Positions 1 through 10,654 of a DNA stretch of 64,000 nt are shown one piece after another; within the stretch, counting starts at the first letter, position 1, and every line of letters starts with the position of its first letter. Below the pieces are notes generated by a model. It saw nothing but the letters and a program-made list of their open reading frames with translations. It was not told where the DNA came from and ran no database searches. The stretch is from Candidatus Versatilivorator sp. (lineage in GTDB: Bacteria > Acidobacteriota > Terriglobia > Versatilivoradales > Versatilivoraceae), in the NCBI GenBank assembly GCA_965207735.1, contig OZ242296.1, positions 4,480,001 to 4,544,000 of the forward strand, given 5' to 3'. Both the position numbers and the translations under genes were made by a program.

Positions 1-158
1 TGGAATACCGTGGCGAGGACCCGACGGTGCCCATCAGGCCTGAACACAAGATGACGGTCAAGCAGGTCCTGCTGGAAGTCCTGCCCATGGGCTTCCAACT
101 TCAATCCAGGCTCGACTTTCTTCCCTGGCAGCACGTTTTTGTCTTTGTCAAGGACTAA
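1..158 (+). CDS. 3' end of a class I SAM-dependent methyltransferase (partial, runs off the window)
   Basis: Frame from nt 3 reads EYRGEDPTVPIRPEHKMTVKQV...LDFLPWQHVFVFVKD*, a C-terminus typical of this methyltransferase family. Read manually; not in the ORF track. Confidence 0.7.
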   Translation, partial: EYRGEDPTVPIRPEHKMTVKQVLLEVLPMGFQLQSRLDFLPWQHVFVFVKD

Positions 159-1036
159 CGCAAGCCGGAGAGTTGTTCCAGCAGCGTGAAGATGACCGAG
201 TGATCCTTCTGTCCCTTGCCTTGGGCACTGCAGGAAGAAAACAGCTCATGCACCAGGCCGGTGGAGGGCAGCGCCACTCCCAAGGCCTTTCCCGCCAACA
301 GAGCATTCTTGACGTCCTTGATATGCAGGTCCATCTTGAATCCGGGTTCGAACTTGCCCTCCACAAAGGCCGGGATCTTCATGTCCAGGGTCCGGCCGCC
401 GGCCATGCCGCCCCGAATGGCCTCATACACCAGCTGGATGTCGACACCGGCTTTCTTGGCCAGGACCATGGCTTCGGAGACAGCCTGAAGCACACCGGCG
501 ACAATGATCTGATTGGAGAGCTTGGCGAATCCTCCGGCGCCGACTTCTCCCACGCGCACCACGCTCTTGCCCATGCTGTCCAGAATGGGCTTGACCCGAG
601 AAAAGACCGATTCCTCGCCCCCGACCATGATGGAAAGGGTCCCCTGAATGGCGCCGATCTCGCCGCCGCTGACGGGAGCGTCCAGCATGGCGACGCCCCG
701 ACCTTTCAATTCGGCGGCAATCCGCTGTGTGGTGATGGGAGAAATGGAGCTCATGTCCACCACGACGCCACCCTCGGCAATGCCCTCGATCACCCCGTTG
801 CCTCCCAACACGACCGACTCCACCTCCGGGGAATCGGACACGATGGTGATGACCACCTCCGCTCTGGCCCCCACCTCCTTGGGAGACTCGACCTGGCGTG
901 CTCCCAATTCCACCAGTTCCGCGGCCTTTGAAGCCGTCCGGTTGTAGACCACCAGCGGATACCCAGCCTTGATGAGGTTCCTGGCCATGGGTTTTCCCAT
1001 GATGCCAAGACCTATGAATCCGATCGTTTGTGCCAT
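155..1036 (-). CDS. garR: 2-hydroxy-3-oxopropionate reductase (beta-hydroxyacid dehydrogenase family)
   Basis: IGFIGLGIMGKPMA Rossmann motif, DAPVSGG, C-terminal FEPGFKMDLHIKD; start set at MAQTIG. Confidence 0.8.
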   Translation of the reverse strand: MAQTIGFIGLGIMGKPMARNLIKAGYPLVVYNRTASKAAELVELGARQVESPKEVGARAEVVITIVSDSPEVESVVLGGNGVIEGIAEGGVVVDMSSISPITTQRIAAELKGRGVAMLDAPVSGGEIGAIQGTLSIMVGGEESVFSRVKPILDSMGKSVVRVGEVGAGGFAKLSNQIIVAGVLQAVSEAMVLAKKAGVDIQLVYEAIRGGMAGGRTLDMKIPAFVEGKFEPGFKMDLHIKDVKNALLAGKALGVALPSTGLVHELFSSCSAQGKGQKDHSVIFTLLEQLSGLR

Positions 1037-1062
1037 GACGCTCTCCTGTGCATTCCTTCGCA

Positions 1063-2106
1063 TCAAACCGGCGGCAACTCCACCGGCCTTTTCTCTCTGG
1101 CCGAGCGGTAGACCGCGAGAACAATCTCCAGGGCCTTGAGCCCCTCTTCCCCATCCACCAGGGGAGGCCGGTCCTCCCGAATGGCCGCAATGAAATCCTC
1201 GAACTGCCGTCGGTGGTTGGCCACCTCCGACTTGATGGAGGCTGAAAACGGATCGGAGCTCCCCGACCCGGCTACCGTTCGGCCCCGGCTCCCGCCGGTC
1301 ATTCCGGGGACGTCCCAGCGGGCCAACTCATCCCCCTCCAGAAGCAGGCTTCCCTTCTCGCCAAACAGCTCCAACCGCCGCGGGAACCCCGGCCGCAGGG
1401 AGGTGGATCCCTGAACCACGCCCAAGGCGCCGCATCCGAATTCTATAACAGCCACCGCGGTATCCTCCGTCTCGATCGAAGCGTGCAGGAGATTCCTGGC
1501 AAGTCCAAACACCGACCGGGGGCGGCCCACCAGGTATTGCAGCAGGTCGATGGTGTGAATCGACTGGTTGATCAGCGCTCCTCCGCCGTCCAGGGCCCAG
1601 GTAGCCCGCCAGGGTCCGGCCTGGAAATAGTCGGGCTTGCGGAACCACCTCACCGACGCTTCCCCCAGGAGCACCTTCCCCAGAGCTCCGCCCTGCACCG
1701 CTGCCCGAATTCTTTGGACCGCCGGCAGAAATCGGGACTGAAAAATGACCCCTAGTCGGACGCCGGCCTCCCGGCAGGCGGCGGTCAGAAGTCTGCCCTT
1801 CTCCAGGTTCACCTCAATGGGCTTCTCCACCATGACGTGCTTGCCGGCCCGGGCCGCCAGCATTCCCAGCTCACCGTGAGTTCCACTGGGAGTGCAGACA
1901 CTCACGGCATCCATTCCGGGGCGCTCGAGAAAACGATCCAGGTCCAGGTCCCAACTGACGCCGTAGCGTTCGGCCTGCCGTTCGGCCCGAGGCCGGGTCC
2001 GGTTGTGGAAGCCGATCAGCCTGGCCCCGGGAATGGATTGAATGGCCTGAGCGTGCACATCGGACACCCCTCCGCACCCGATGATTCCAATTCCGATTTC
2101 CGCCAT
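1063..2106 (-). CDS. Gfo/Idh/MocA family oxidoreductase
   Basis: GIIGCG, GKHVMVEKP, GGGALINQSIHTID motifs. Confidence 0.9.
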   Translation of the reverse strand: MAEIGIGIIGCGGVSDVHAQAIQSIPGARLIGFHNRTRPRAERQAERYGVSWDLDLDRFLERPGMDAVSVCTPSGTHGELGMLAARAGKHVMVEKPIEVNLEKGRLLTAACREAGVRLGVIFQSRFLPAVQRIRAAVQGGALGKVLLGEASVRWFRKPDYFQAGPWRATWALDGGGALINQSIHTIDLLQYLVGRPRSVFGLARNLLHASIETEDTAVAVIEFGCGALGVVQGSTSLRPGFPRRLELFGEKGSLLLEGDELARWDVPGMTGGSRGRTVAGSGSSDPFSASIKSEVANHRRQFEDFIAAIREDRPPLVDGEEGLKALEIVLAVYRSAREKRPVELPPV

Positions 2107-2172
2107 GCCGTCAGCCCTTTCCAGTTTGCCTGATGTTTCACTCTCGAATAATCCTTTTGCCAGGCAGTTCGG

Positions 2173-3231
2173 CTACCCCGCGCCGCCATCCCACAGGTGA
2201 TCCAGTTGAACCGCCCGGCCCGATCGGGCCGACCGATAAGCCGCCGCCAGCAGCAGGGACGCTGTCATCCCTTCTTCCCCCGGAACGGTGGGTGGGCGGT
2301 CCTCCAGGATCGCGCCATTGAAATCCTCGATCAGGGGCCGATGGACGTTCTCCGCCTTGGGGACCGGATACGCCTTCCCGCCGGCTCCGGTCAACTCCAG
2401 TCGATCTCCGTTGAGGGGCGCTGCCCTGAGACATCCCCGCGCCCCCAGAATTTCGAAATCGTCTCGCGGAGGCTCCACGCAATGGCTGGCGAAGACCATG
2501 GCGTGAATCCCCCCGGCGAAACGGATGAGCAGACTTCCGGTGTCTTCGACTTCGATGGGACAGACACGGGTATCGGTGAAGGCCGACACCGACTCGGGAG
2601 TCCCGAAAAGCATGGCCAGCACGTCCAGGCGGTGGCTGGCCATATCCATCAGCAGGCCGCCGCCCCCCTGGTTCCGGACAAACCTCCAGCCTGGATGGCC
2701 TCCCTCCTTCAACCGGGCATGTTCCACCAGGGTGGACCGCGCCAGAATGGGCCGGCCGATCGCCCCTTGATCCAGCAGCTCTTTCATCTTCAGCACCACC
2801 GGATAGAAGCGCCGGTAGTAGGCGACACCCAGCTTGACTCCGTTGCCGCGGCAGGCGTCGATCATGCGCCGGCATTCCTGCGGGTTCATGGCCATCGGCT
2901 TCTCACACAACACGTGTTTGCCGTTTTCGGCCGCCTCAATGGTCTGGGCGCCATGCAGCCACACCGGCGTCGCCAGGTATACGGCTGTCAACTCGGAGTC
3001 GCCGAGCATTTCCCGGTAGTCGGCATATCCCTTGGGAATGGAATGCCGGGACTGAAACTCGGCCAGGCGTTGAGGATTGCGGCGAGTGCAACCTGCCAGT
3101 CTGCCCTGCGCCGATTCCTGAATGGCCCTCACCACCCGCTTTTCGGCGATGTCGCCGCATCCCGCCAAACCCCAGGTTACTTCCCCGTCCACGGTTAATG
3201 ACCCGATCCTTCCTGTCCTCTTGCCCGGCAC
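2173..3231 (-). CDS. Gfo/Idh/MocA family oxidoreductase
   Basis: WGLAGCG, GKHVLCEKP, GGGLLMDMASHRLD; start codon uncertain. Confidence 0.88.
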   Translation of the reverse strand: MPGKRTGRIGSLTVDGEVTWGLAGCGDIAEKRVVRAIQESAQGRLAGCTRRNPQRLAEFQSRHSIPKGYADYREMLGDSELTAVYLATPVWLHGAQTIEAAENGKHVLCEKPMAMNPQECRRMIDACRGNGVKLGVAYYRRFYPVVLKMKELLDQGAIGRPILARSTLVEHARLKEGGHPGWRFVRNQGGGGLLMDMASHRLDVLAMLFGTPESVSAFTDTRVCPIEVEDTGSLLIRFAGGIHAMVFASHCVEPPRDDFEILGARGCLRAAPLNGDRLELTGAGGKAYPVPKAENVHRPLIEDFNGAILEDRPPTVPGEEGMTASLLLAAAYRSARSGRAVQLDHLWDGGAG

Positions 3232-3256
3232 GTGTCTGCCCTCGGCACCCCGCTGT

Positions 3257-3304
3257 CCATGGGCTGACCCCCACGGCTACCTGCTGCCGCGGCTTCGCCG
3301 CTCG
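3257..3304. repeat. REP-like palindromic module D (CCATGGGCTtACgCCCACGGCTAccTGCTGCCGCGGCTTCGCCGCT)
   Basis: Same motif at ~18045-18130, ~25175-25260, ~59470-59555, and split across 59876-59899/61829-61856. Confidence 0.8.
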
Positions 3305-3432
3305 AAAAGGGAGCCGGCACGAGCAGCGTTTTCTCGGGTGCGAACCATCAATCCCGGCCACACCGCACCACTCGAACCCCTGGGCCATTATCCAAAAAAA
3401 AGCACGTTTCCGCTTGCAGTGTCGTGACTTAC

Positions 3433-3615
3433 GGGAGAGCTGCGAAGCTGCGGTTGGCGTGGCTAACCGAGGAAACGCCCCCTATGAGCCATCCTTATAG
3501 AGCTGCGGAGCTGCGGCCTCGTGTAGCCCCGGGCGGCAGCCCGGGGTCGTATCGATTTTGCACCAACCCAGCCGCGAATGCGGCGAATAGAAAGCACCCG
3601 TTCCAGAACGCATTG
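3433..3615. repeat. Palindromic intergenic module (GTAGCCCCGG...CAGCCGCGA..GCGGCGAAT)
   Basis: Degenerate homolog at ~17817-17900; internal hairpin CCCCGGGcggcagCCCGGGG. Confidence 0.55.
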
Positions 3616-3701
3616 CTTCCCCAAAGAAACGCCGCCCCACACCGCGATCACCCGCTGCCGCGACCTTCGGGGTTCTACCGGCAGCATTTGGCCGGACGCC
3701 T

Positions 3702-4379
3702 TCAGGACTGGTTGGCGCGGCTTTTCCCGAACAGATAGGCGCCCAGGACTCCACCCAAGGTGGTCAAAATCCCGCAAAGGATCAACTTGGTCAACAGGCT
3801 GACGATGATAAAAACAGGATCGAGCGGATCACTCAAGAACTCCATCGCCTGCTCCACGAACTCGGGCGGAAGGCCTTCTATTGCAGCAAACTGCTCTCGA
3901 ACACTGTCCAGGTTCTCCGGCCCGGAGACCAACCTGACCAGAACCTCCAGGAACAGCCAGACCAGGGAGCCGAACAGGCCGGTGAGAAGCCCCAGGCTGG
4001 CACCGGTCCCGGACGAAATCAATCCCGGCGTCTCGGTCCGGAGAAAATAGACCGCCAGGACTCCGCCGCCTGCCACCCAGAGCAGACAGCAGATGTTCAC
4101 GTAGGGCATGGCGGAGAGCACTCCCAGAACGGCTCCGGCCATCAAGGCCGGCTTGGTCAGACTGGGACCGGGAGTGGGTGGGAACGGGGGTGGCGAAGAC
4201 GCCTGCGGTGGTGAAGGTTCGACGGGGGCGGGTTCGCCGGCAGCAGAAGAGGTTTGTTCCAAGGGGACGTTTACGGGCTTGGGATTGGGATCCACGTGAC
4301 CCACGGGCGCTCCGCAAATGGGGCACAAGCTTGCACTGTCGTCAAGCATCTGCTGGCAACTGGGACACTGTTTGGGCAT
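3702..4379 (-). CDS. Membrane protein with N-terminal zinc ribbon and Pro-rich linker
   Basis: CPSC..CPIC, Pro-rich linker, about 4 hydrophobic segments. Confidence 0.75.
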   Translation of the reverse strand: MPKQCPSCQQMLDDSASLCPICGAPVGHVDPNPKPVNVPLEQTSSAAGEPAPVEPSPPQASSPPPFPPTPGPSLTKPALMAGAVLGVLSAMPYVNICCLLWVAGGGVLAVYFLRTETPGLISSGTGASLGLLTGLFGSLVWLFLEVLVRLVSGPENLDSVREQFAAIEGLPPEFVEQAMEFLSDPLDPVFIIVSLLTKLILCGILTTLGGVLGAYLFGKSRANQS

Positions 4380-4513
4380 GGCCTGAAAACCTCCGGCCCC
4401 AAAGCTTGAAAGCAAGGAGGCAGGTTGTCAAGCCAGAAGAAAAAGGGGGGTGAAGAAAAGGACGGGGAGACAACCAAATCTCCCCGCGACAGGTGGGATT
4501 GGCGGTGCCATTG

Positions 4514-5902
4514 CTACTCTAATTCCTTGAGATCGTACAGGTCGTGCTTCCGTTCCAGCGTGAAATGCCCCTTGTCGAATCGCTCCATTCCATCAAAGTA
4601 GATGGTATCGCCGCTCATCATCTGACCTTCGACTTCGTCGGCAAACATCCGGTAGCCGATAAAGGGGGGGAGAGAATCCCTGGACGGGGGAGCGTCGAAG
4701 AAATTTTGGATTTCCAGGAGAATCGATCCGTTGATGACCTCCCCTGTAATGAGAAATTCCCGGTCGATAGTGGGGAAGGTCCCGCTCAGAATCTGAAGCG
4801 CCCCATAGAGCATGTCTCTCTCCTGATGGAGCGCCACCTTGACATCAGCGTTCATGATTGTCCCCCTGAGTTCACCCTCCCAAATTCCGGCGATAGCCAT
4901 GGTATCGGGTTGGGGCATTGCAAAGGCGGGGAAGAACCCAGCAAAGGGACCGGTGGTGCTTTCAACCAGGGAGGTGGCAACGATTACCGGCTCACCATCG
5001 TACTCCTCGGGGTAATCCACCTCGATGACGATCTGACCGTAGCTACCGGGCACCGACGAACGAATGTCGTCGCTCACAAACATTGCATGTTTGCGGACAT
5101 CGACGGGAGGCAGGGACCGTTGCAAGGCTCCGTTTCGATCGAAGAGCTTGATCCGGAGCCGTCCCGTCCCCACGCCGATGTTGACCACCGCCAACCGCGA
5201 CTGGAAGGAGCCCGCCTTGACCGAGGACTGTATGAGAAGCGGGTTGGAGGGATTCCCCTGGCTCTCCACGAAGGACAAGGGTTTGAAGATCTGGTCCGCG
5301 ATGGCCAGCTCCATGGCGGGGTCGTTGCTCATCCGGTCCAGAATGACCGAGGCCCAAGCGGTGATGGGTTCATCCGAGAAAATATGCAGCCATCCGGTGG
5401 TTGCCGTCCCTCTTCCGGATTCAGGTACCATATCTCTATGGCTGAAGATATCGTTGATTTGAAGCATCTGGTTCGACCGCACGTCATAGAAACCGTATCG
5501 GTCCAGTTCTCCGGATGGATCGTACAGTAGAATCAATACGCTGGCTTTCGGATCGGCCCCCTTCTGTACTGAATACCGGGTGAAGTTGTTGAGTCCGACG
5601 TTGGTTCGGGCTCCGCCCTCGCTGGTGACCATGGGTATCACGATGGAATAGTTGTCGAAGTCGCCGTCTCCAGAGCCTTCCTGATTGGCTTGCTGCAAGT
5701 GGCTGCGCAGTTGCAGCACGGACCCACTAAGGTTGGATCGGCTGAGGCGGATGGCCCTTAACCGTTCATGCATCGCGTCCCTTCCCCCGACCGTCCTCCT
5801 CGCGGAGGCCTCTCTCCCCGCGCTTCGGTCTTGAGCCCAGGCCGCCGGGGACAGCAGCAATGCGGCACTCAGACACCAGGTTGCCCGTTCAAGAGTTTTC
5901 AT
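4514..5902 (-). CDS. Secreted hypothetical protein
   Basis: Strong SD (AAGGAGG) before MKTLERATW; signal-peptide-like LSAALLLSPAAWA|QD. Confidence 0.75.
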   Translation of the reverse strand: MKTLERATWCLSAALLLSPAAWAQDRSAGREASARRTVGGRDAMHERLRAIRLSRSNLSGSVLQLRSHLQQANQEGSGDGDFDNYSIVIPMVTSEGGARTNVGLNNFTRYSVQKGADPKASVLILLYDPSGELDRYGFYDVRSNQMLQINDIFSHRDMVPESGRGTATTGWLHIFSDEPITAWASVILDRMSNDPAMELAIADQIFKPLSFVESQGNPSNPLLIQSSVKAGSFQSRLAVVNIGVGTGRLRIKLFDRNGALQRSLPPVDVRKHAMFVSDDIRSSVPGSYGQIVIEVDYPEEYDGEPVIVATSLVESTTGPFAGFFPAFAMPQPDTMAIAGIWEGELRGTIMNADVKVALHQERDMLYGALQILSGTFPTIDREFLITGEVINGSILLEIQNFFDAPPSRDSLPPFIGYRMFADEVEGQMMSGDTIYFDGMERFDKGHFTLERKHDLYDLKELE

Positions 5903-6009
5903 GGCCTTCCTCCTTACTGATCGACTGGCTGGATCGACTCCCAAGAGAATGCTGGTTGTGATGCCCCCGACGCCCAAAGAGTTTCAGGGCGTGTCGCTGG
6001 TAGTCACTT

Positions 6010-6226
6010 ACGCGACGCCGAGTCTGCCCCCCTCCGGATCGACTGCGGGCTGCGCCCTTGTCTCTCCGACTCCCCCTCAAGGGGGGAGTGATACCCGAGG
6101 CTTGCATGGGGCGCCTTGCCCGTTTCCTGGGCAGGATGTAAACCATGTTTCCGGTTTATTGTGTAAACCATGTTCGGCTTGCACACAGAAGTCGAGCCGT
6201 ATGGCGAAGGCTGATGCGGTGGGGGG
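6010..6226. repeat. Mosaic intergenic repeat, modules A+B (CCCCCCTCCGGATCGAC...CTCCCCCTCAAGGGGGGAG...TGTAAACCATGTT)
   Basis: Copies at ~17480-17790, 21542-21825, 24490-24632, 24840-24982, 38700-39040 and 57462-57605 (inverted). Confidence 0.85.
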
Positions 6227-6316
6227 CGGTCGCCGGCGCGGCTTTGCGGCAACCCCAGGTCACTTCAGCGAAGGGGCGGTTTATTCGGAATGAAACAGAA
6301 CTGTTTCAGGCAAAGG

Positions 6317-8236
6317 TCAGAATTGGGCGGAAATTTCGTCCAGGCGGGCCTGGTTCACCAGGATATCTCCCCGGTCCTGCATCCGGGTCCTGGCCCCTTC
6401 CAGGAAGGCGTCGAAAACGGTCTGCCGCTTCCGGGTCACCAACCGGTTGCGTATCTCCTCTTTTTCCACGGCAAACTTCTCCGGATCGATATCCTGTCTC
6501 TCCGTGAGAACAGCCACCACCAGCCGCCTGCCCACCTGGATGGGCTCACTGACCTCCCCCTCCTTGGCCGAAAAGGCAAACTCATCCAGTGGGGTGCTCG
6601 CACCCAGATCCGGAATGGAACCATTGCGGCTGAAGGGATCGCTGAGCTTGACCTCGATACGGGCTCGCCGAGCCGCTGATGACAATTTTCGACCGGCCTT
6701 CACATTCTTGACCAGGTCCTCGGCCTTGGATTGAGCCACAGCATTGGTTTTCTGAGTGAGTACGTCCTGGTCCACCCTGCCACGCACCTCTTCCAATTCA
6801 GGAACTCCGGAGGGCTTCACCTGAACCAGGCGGGCCAGAACGAATCCGTTGGGGACCCGCTGGGGTGCGCTGATGGCTCCCTCCGACATGGAGAACACCC
6901 TGGTCGAAAGATCGGGTGCATTTCCGATCCCGGGAATGGCGGCTCCCGGAGAGAACAAGGGCGAGGTTTCAGACACCAGGTCCAACTCCTTGGAAATTTC
7001 CTCGAAGGAGCGTTCATTCCTGGTTTGCCGGTAGGCCTTGTCGGCCAGATCCCTTGCCGCCGCCTCGGCCTTTTCACTGGTGATCGAGGACCGAATGAGG
7101 CCTTCCACCTCTTCGAGGGCCTGGGTGCGAGCGGCCTGCTTCTCAAGCACCTTGATGATGTGAAATCCAAACTGGGTAGTCACCAGCCCGCTGATTTCAC
7201 CCTTGGCCAGGCCGAATGCCGCCCGTTCGAATTCAGGCACCATCCTGCCGCGGCCAAAGAACCCCAAGTCTCCGCCGCTTGCAGCCGAACCGTCCTCGGA
7301 GTGCCGCCTCGCCAATTGGGCAAAATCCTTGCCCGCCTTGGCCTCTTCAAGAACCCTCTGGGCCTTCTGCCGAATCTTCTGCACGGACTCGGGCGACTCG
7401 CCGGCGGTCTTGAACAGAATATGAGCAGCCTGAACCTGTTCCTGAACCTGAAATTCGGACCGGTTCTTCCGATAGTAGTCCTGCATATCCTCGTCAGTGG
7501 GCTCGAAGGTGGCCCTGAGCCGGCTGGTGTCCGCCAGCAGATACTCGATCCGACGCTGCTCCGGAAGACGGTAGGTCGCCTTGTTCTCCTCGTAGTGGGC
7601 CGTGATCTCATCCAGAGCAACGAACACCGATTCCTTGAACGAATCGGGGTCAATGACCGCGTAGCGGATTCTGGCCTTCTCGTTCCGAAGCCGATAGTCT
7701 TCTTCGGCCTCCCAATCGGAGACATTCACATATTCAGTGACCAGACCACGCAATTTTTCCTGCATGATCTCATAACGAATCGATTCCTCGAATTCCTCCA
7801 CCGTCAGTCCGTTTTGGCGCAGGATCGCCTTGTACCGGGCGAGAAAGAAGTTCCCCTCTTCGAGAAAGGCCGGAACGGTCAGGATTTTCTCCTGAATCTC
7901 CTCGGAGGTGGCATCCACTCCCAGCCGGCGGCCCTGTTGGAAGACGATCTCGCGGCTGATGAGTTGATTGAGGATCTGCTGTTCGATCCTTAACTGTCTC
8001 AACAATTTGCGATCGTAGGGCACTTGGCTGCTTCGCAGAAACCGGAACAGGGCAACCTTCAGTTCCGCCGCTGAGATCTCGTTGCTTCCCACGCGGGCGA
8101 CAAAGGGCACGCCGATCTCATGGCCCCATACCCCGCCGACTCCCGGGATCAGGTAGCTCACCAGGCCCACCACCAGCAACGGCAGAACCACCCAGGCGAA
8201 CACCCGTTTTTGCCGACGCATGACATCCAGGATCAT
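6317..8236 (-). CDS. ppiD: PpiD-like peptidyl-prolyl isomerase (SurA N-terminal plus parvulin domain)
   Basis: N-terminal TM anchor; AAHIL..., [27 protein letters not shown] parvulin motifs. Confidence 0.88.
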   Translation of the reverse strand: MILDVMRRQKRVFAWVVLPLLVVGLVSYLIPGVGGVWGHEIGVPFVARVGSNEISAAELKVALFRFLRSSQVPYDRKLLRQLRIEQQILNQLISREIVFQQGRRLGVDATSEEIQEKILTVPAFLEEGNFFLARYKAILRQNGLTVEEFEESIRYEIMQEKLRGLVTEYVNVSDWEAEEDYRLRNEKARIRYAVIDPDSFKESVFVALDEITAHYEENKATYRLPEQRRIEYLLADTSRLRATFEPTDEDMQDYYRKNRSEFQVQEQVQAAHILFKTAGESPESVQKIRQKAQRVLEEAKAGKDFAQLARRHSEDGSAASGGDLGFFGRGRMVPEFERAAFGLAKGEISGLVTTQFGFHIIKVLEKQAARTQALEEVEGLIRSSITSEKAEAAARDLADKAYRQTRNERSFEEISKELDLVSETSPLFSPGAAIPGIGNAPDLSTRVFSMSEGAISAPQRVPNGFVLARLVQVKPSGVPELEEVRGRVDQDVLTQKTNAVAQSKAEDLVKNVKAGRKLSSAARRARIEVKLSDPFSRNGSIPDLGASTPLDEFAFSAKEGEVSEPIQVGRRLVVAVLTERQDIDPEKFAVEKEEIRNRLVTRKRQTVFDAFLEGARTRMQDRGDILVNQARLDEISAQF

Positions 8237-8744
8237 TGGTCTTCACACCCCCTGGTGAGAAATGCGGGTTAACCCGTCAACCCTGAAACAGCCATTATAG
8301 CAGAGCGGGAATCGTCTCAAAACATGTACCTCAAGAGTGCGTTTCACCCCTGAGAAAATGAGGGTTAAGTGTTTGTAAATCAAGGGAAACTTTGCTACTC
8401 TAGGACGAACCGAAACACAGTTGCCGCCTGCTTTGACAGCGGTCCGGGCACGACGTTTCCCAGCGCAACCTGAATCCGTTCGAACCAAGGCGGACCCTCC
8501 GGAGAGCCAATCAGGCAACGGCAGCCTCTAATTCCCGACTGGAGAATCGGAAGACCTTCTTGAGCATTGGACCACCGCAACCCGCCAGAGTTGGAGAATC
8601 CTGTTTGGAAACCGGTTTCAATCCGACTGCATTGGTGTTGGGCGCCTGTTCAAAGTTGATCATCGGTAACTCGTGTCGACAGCAAGCGCACGCTGGACCC
8701 GTTCCTGCTGAGGGAACGATGCCGGTCGAGGAGCTAGCCACTGA

Positions 8745-9776
8745 ATGAGTTTGCGAACTGCCTTCCACCTCTTTTCCAGCGACCTTGCCATAGATCTGGG
8801 CACGGCCAACTCCCTGGTCTTTGCCAAGGGGAAGGGAATCGTGGTCGATGAACCCTCCATCGTGGCCGTCAACGAATCCACGGGTGATGTGGAAGCCGTG
8901 GGCCGCGAGGCCAAGTACATGCTGGGGCGCACCCCAGCCAACATCGTCGCCATCCGTCCGCTGAAGGACGGCGTCATCGCCGACTTCAAGATCACCGAAA
9001 GGATGCTGACCTACTTCATCCGCAAGGCCCATGGCCGGAAGTTGCTGGTTCACCCCAGGATTGTCATTGGAGTTCCCTCGGAAATCACCCAGGTCGAGAA
9101 GCGGGCCGTCATCGACTCGGCCTACAGGTCCAAGGCCAGCGAGGTCTACCTGGTGGAGCAGGCAATGGTAGCGGCCGTGGGAGCGGGACTTCCGGTCTCC
9201 GAACCCTCGGGGAATCTGGTGGTGGACATCGGAGGCGGCACCACCGACATCGCCGTCATCTCCCTGTCTGGGATTGTCTACGGCCGCTCAGTCAGGCTGG
9301 CCGGCCATGAGCTGGACGACGCCATCATTCGATACATTCGAGCCAAGCACAACCTGCTGATCGGTGAGCGCACCGCGGAACAGATAAAGATCGAAGTCGG
9401 TTCGGCCTACCCCCTGGACGAACCGGTAACCATGGAGATCAAGGGGCGGAACCTGGTCGAGGGAATTCCGAAAACCGTTGTCATTACCGACGGTGAAATC
9501 CGCGAAGCGCTGGCGGAGGGCGTGGGGGCCATCGTCAATGCGATCCGGGCGGTGCTGGAAAGAACGCCACCCGAACTCTCGGCCGACATCGTAGACAAAG
9601 GCCTCATCCTGACGGGAGGAGGCGCCTTGCTTCGGAACCTGGACAAGTGTATCCGGGAGGAAACCGGATTGCCGGTCACCGTGGCGGAAGATCCCCTGTC
9701 CTGCGTGGTCCGGGGGACCGGACAAATGTTGGGAGACTTCAATCTCCTCAAGAAAATCTCTGTCGATTCCTTCTGA
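8745..9776 (+). CDS. mreB: Rod shape-determining protein MreB
   Basis: AIDLGTANS, DIGGGTTD, LTGGGALL motifs; operon context. Confidence 0.97.
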   Translation: MSLRTAFHLFSSDLAIDLGTANSLVFAKGKGIVVDEPSIVAVNESTGDVEAVGREAKYMLGRTPANIVAIRPLKDGVIADFKITERMLTYFIRKAHGRKLLVHPRIVIGVPSEITQVEKRAVIDSAYRSKASEVYLVEQAMVAAVGAGLPVSEPSGNLVVDIGGGTTDIAVISLSGIVYGRSVRLAGHELDDAIIRYIRAKHNLLIGERTAEQIKIEVGSAYPLDEPVTMEIKGRNLVEGIPKTVVITDGEIREALAEGVGAIVNAIRAVLERTPPELSADIVDKGLILTGGGALLRNLDKCIREETGLPVTVAEDPLSCVVRGTGQMLGDFNLLKKISVDSF

Positions 9777-9832
9777 CGACGTCACGACCGGACTAGAAAC
9801 CGGGCTCGGCCCCCTCCATTGGCGTGACATCC

Positions 9833-10654
9833 ATGAAGACGCTATTCAAGTCGCGAAAAGAAGCGGTGATCGTCATTGTAACCCTGGCGGCTCACCTGGC
9901 CCTGCTCTCCACCCAGATCCCGAAGGTCAGTTCCACTCCTCTGTTGCGCAACTGGGCCATGGAGGTCGTCCTGCCGTTCCTGAGGGGCGCTGTCGGTGGC
10001 GTCAGCAGCCTGAGTGGGCTTTGGGAGGACTACGTCCGCTTGAGGGTCGACAAGGAGGAACATGAGCGCCTCAAGAGCCAGGTTCAGGACTACAGGCAAG
10101 CCCTCCTCGTCTACGAAGAAGAGGTTCGCAGGCTCAAACGGCTGGAGGTTCTGGATCTGGTCAAGGTCACTCTGAACCGACCCAGCGTGGCGGCCAACGT
10201 GATTGGCGGAGACGGTCGCATGGGGTATAGCTCCAGAGTCGTGGACAAGGGTTCCAGCTCGGGAATCAGTCGGGATTCCCCGGTGATCAACGCCGAAGGC
10301 GTGGTGGGCCGGGTGGTGCACGTTTCCAGGAACAGCGCGGTGGTGCAGCTGATCTCGGATATGGACAGCGGCGTCGGCATCCTGCTGGAAACCAGCCGCG
10401 CTACCGGCGTATTGAGGGGCTCCGGCCAACAGACGGCCACTATTCACTATGTCCCCCTCACCGAAAAGGCTTCACCCGGAGAGCGGGTGATCACCTCGGG
10501 ACTGGATCAGATTTACCCCAAGGGGCTGCTGGTTGGGAACGTGCTGTCGGCAACCTCAGGCCGGACCGGCTCGCAACAGCTCAAGGTTGCCATCACAGCC
10601 CGGATGAAAAAGCTTGAAGAGGTCCTGATCCTCAAAAAAGAGTCGACAGGCTGA
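9833..10654 (+). CDS. mreC: Rod shape-determining protein MreC
   Basis: TM segment plus coiled coil, VITSGLDQIYPKGL; follows mreB. Confidence 0.93.
   Translation: MKTLFKSRKEAVIVIVTLAAHLALLSTQIPKVSSTPLLRNWAMEVVLPFLRGAVGGVSSLSGLWEDYVRLRVDKEEHERLKSQVQDYRQALLVYEEEVRRLKRLEVLDLVKVTLNRPSVAANVIGGDGRMGYSSRVVDKGSSSGISRDSPVINAEGVVGRVVHVSRNSAVVQLISDMDSGVGILLETSRATGVLRGSGQQTATIHYVPLTEKASPGERVITSGLDQIYPKGLLVGNVLSATSGRTGSQQLKVAITARMKKLEEVLILKKESTG

Noticed and set aside
8243-8744. ncRNA or riboswitch in the ppiD-mreB divergent region
   Set aside because: No motif recognised; the length is compatible with two divergent promoters.
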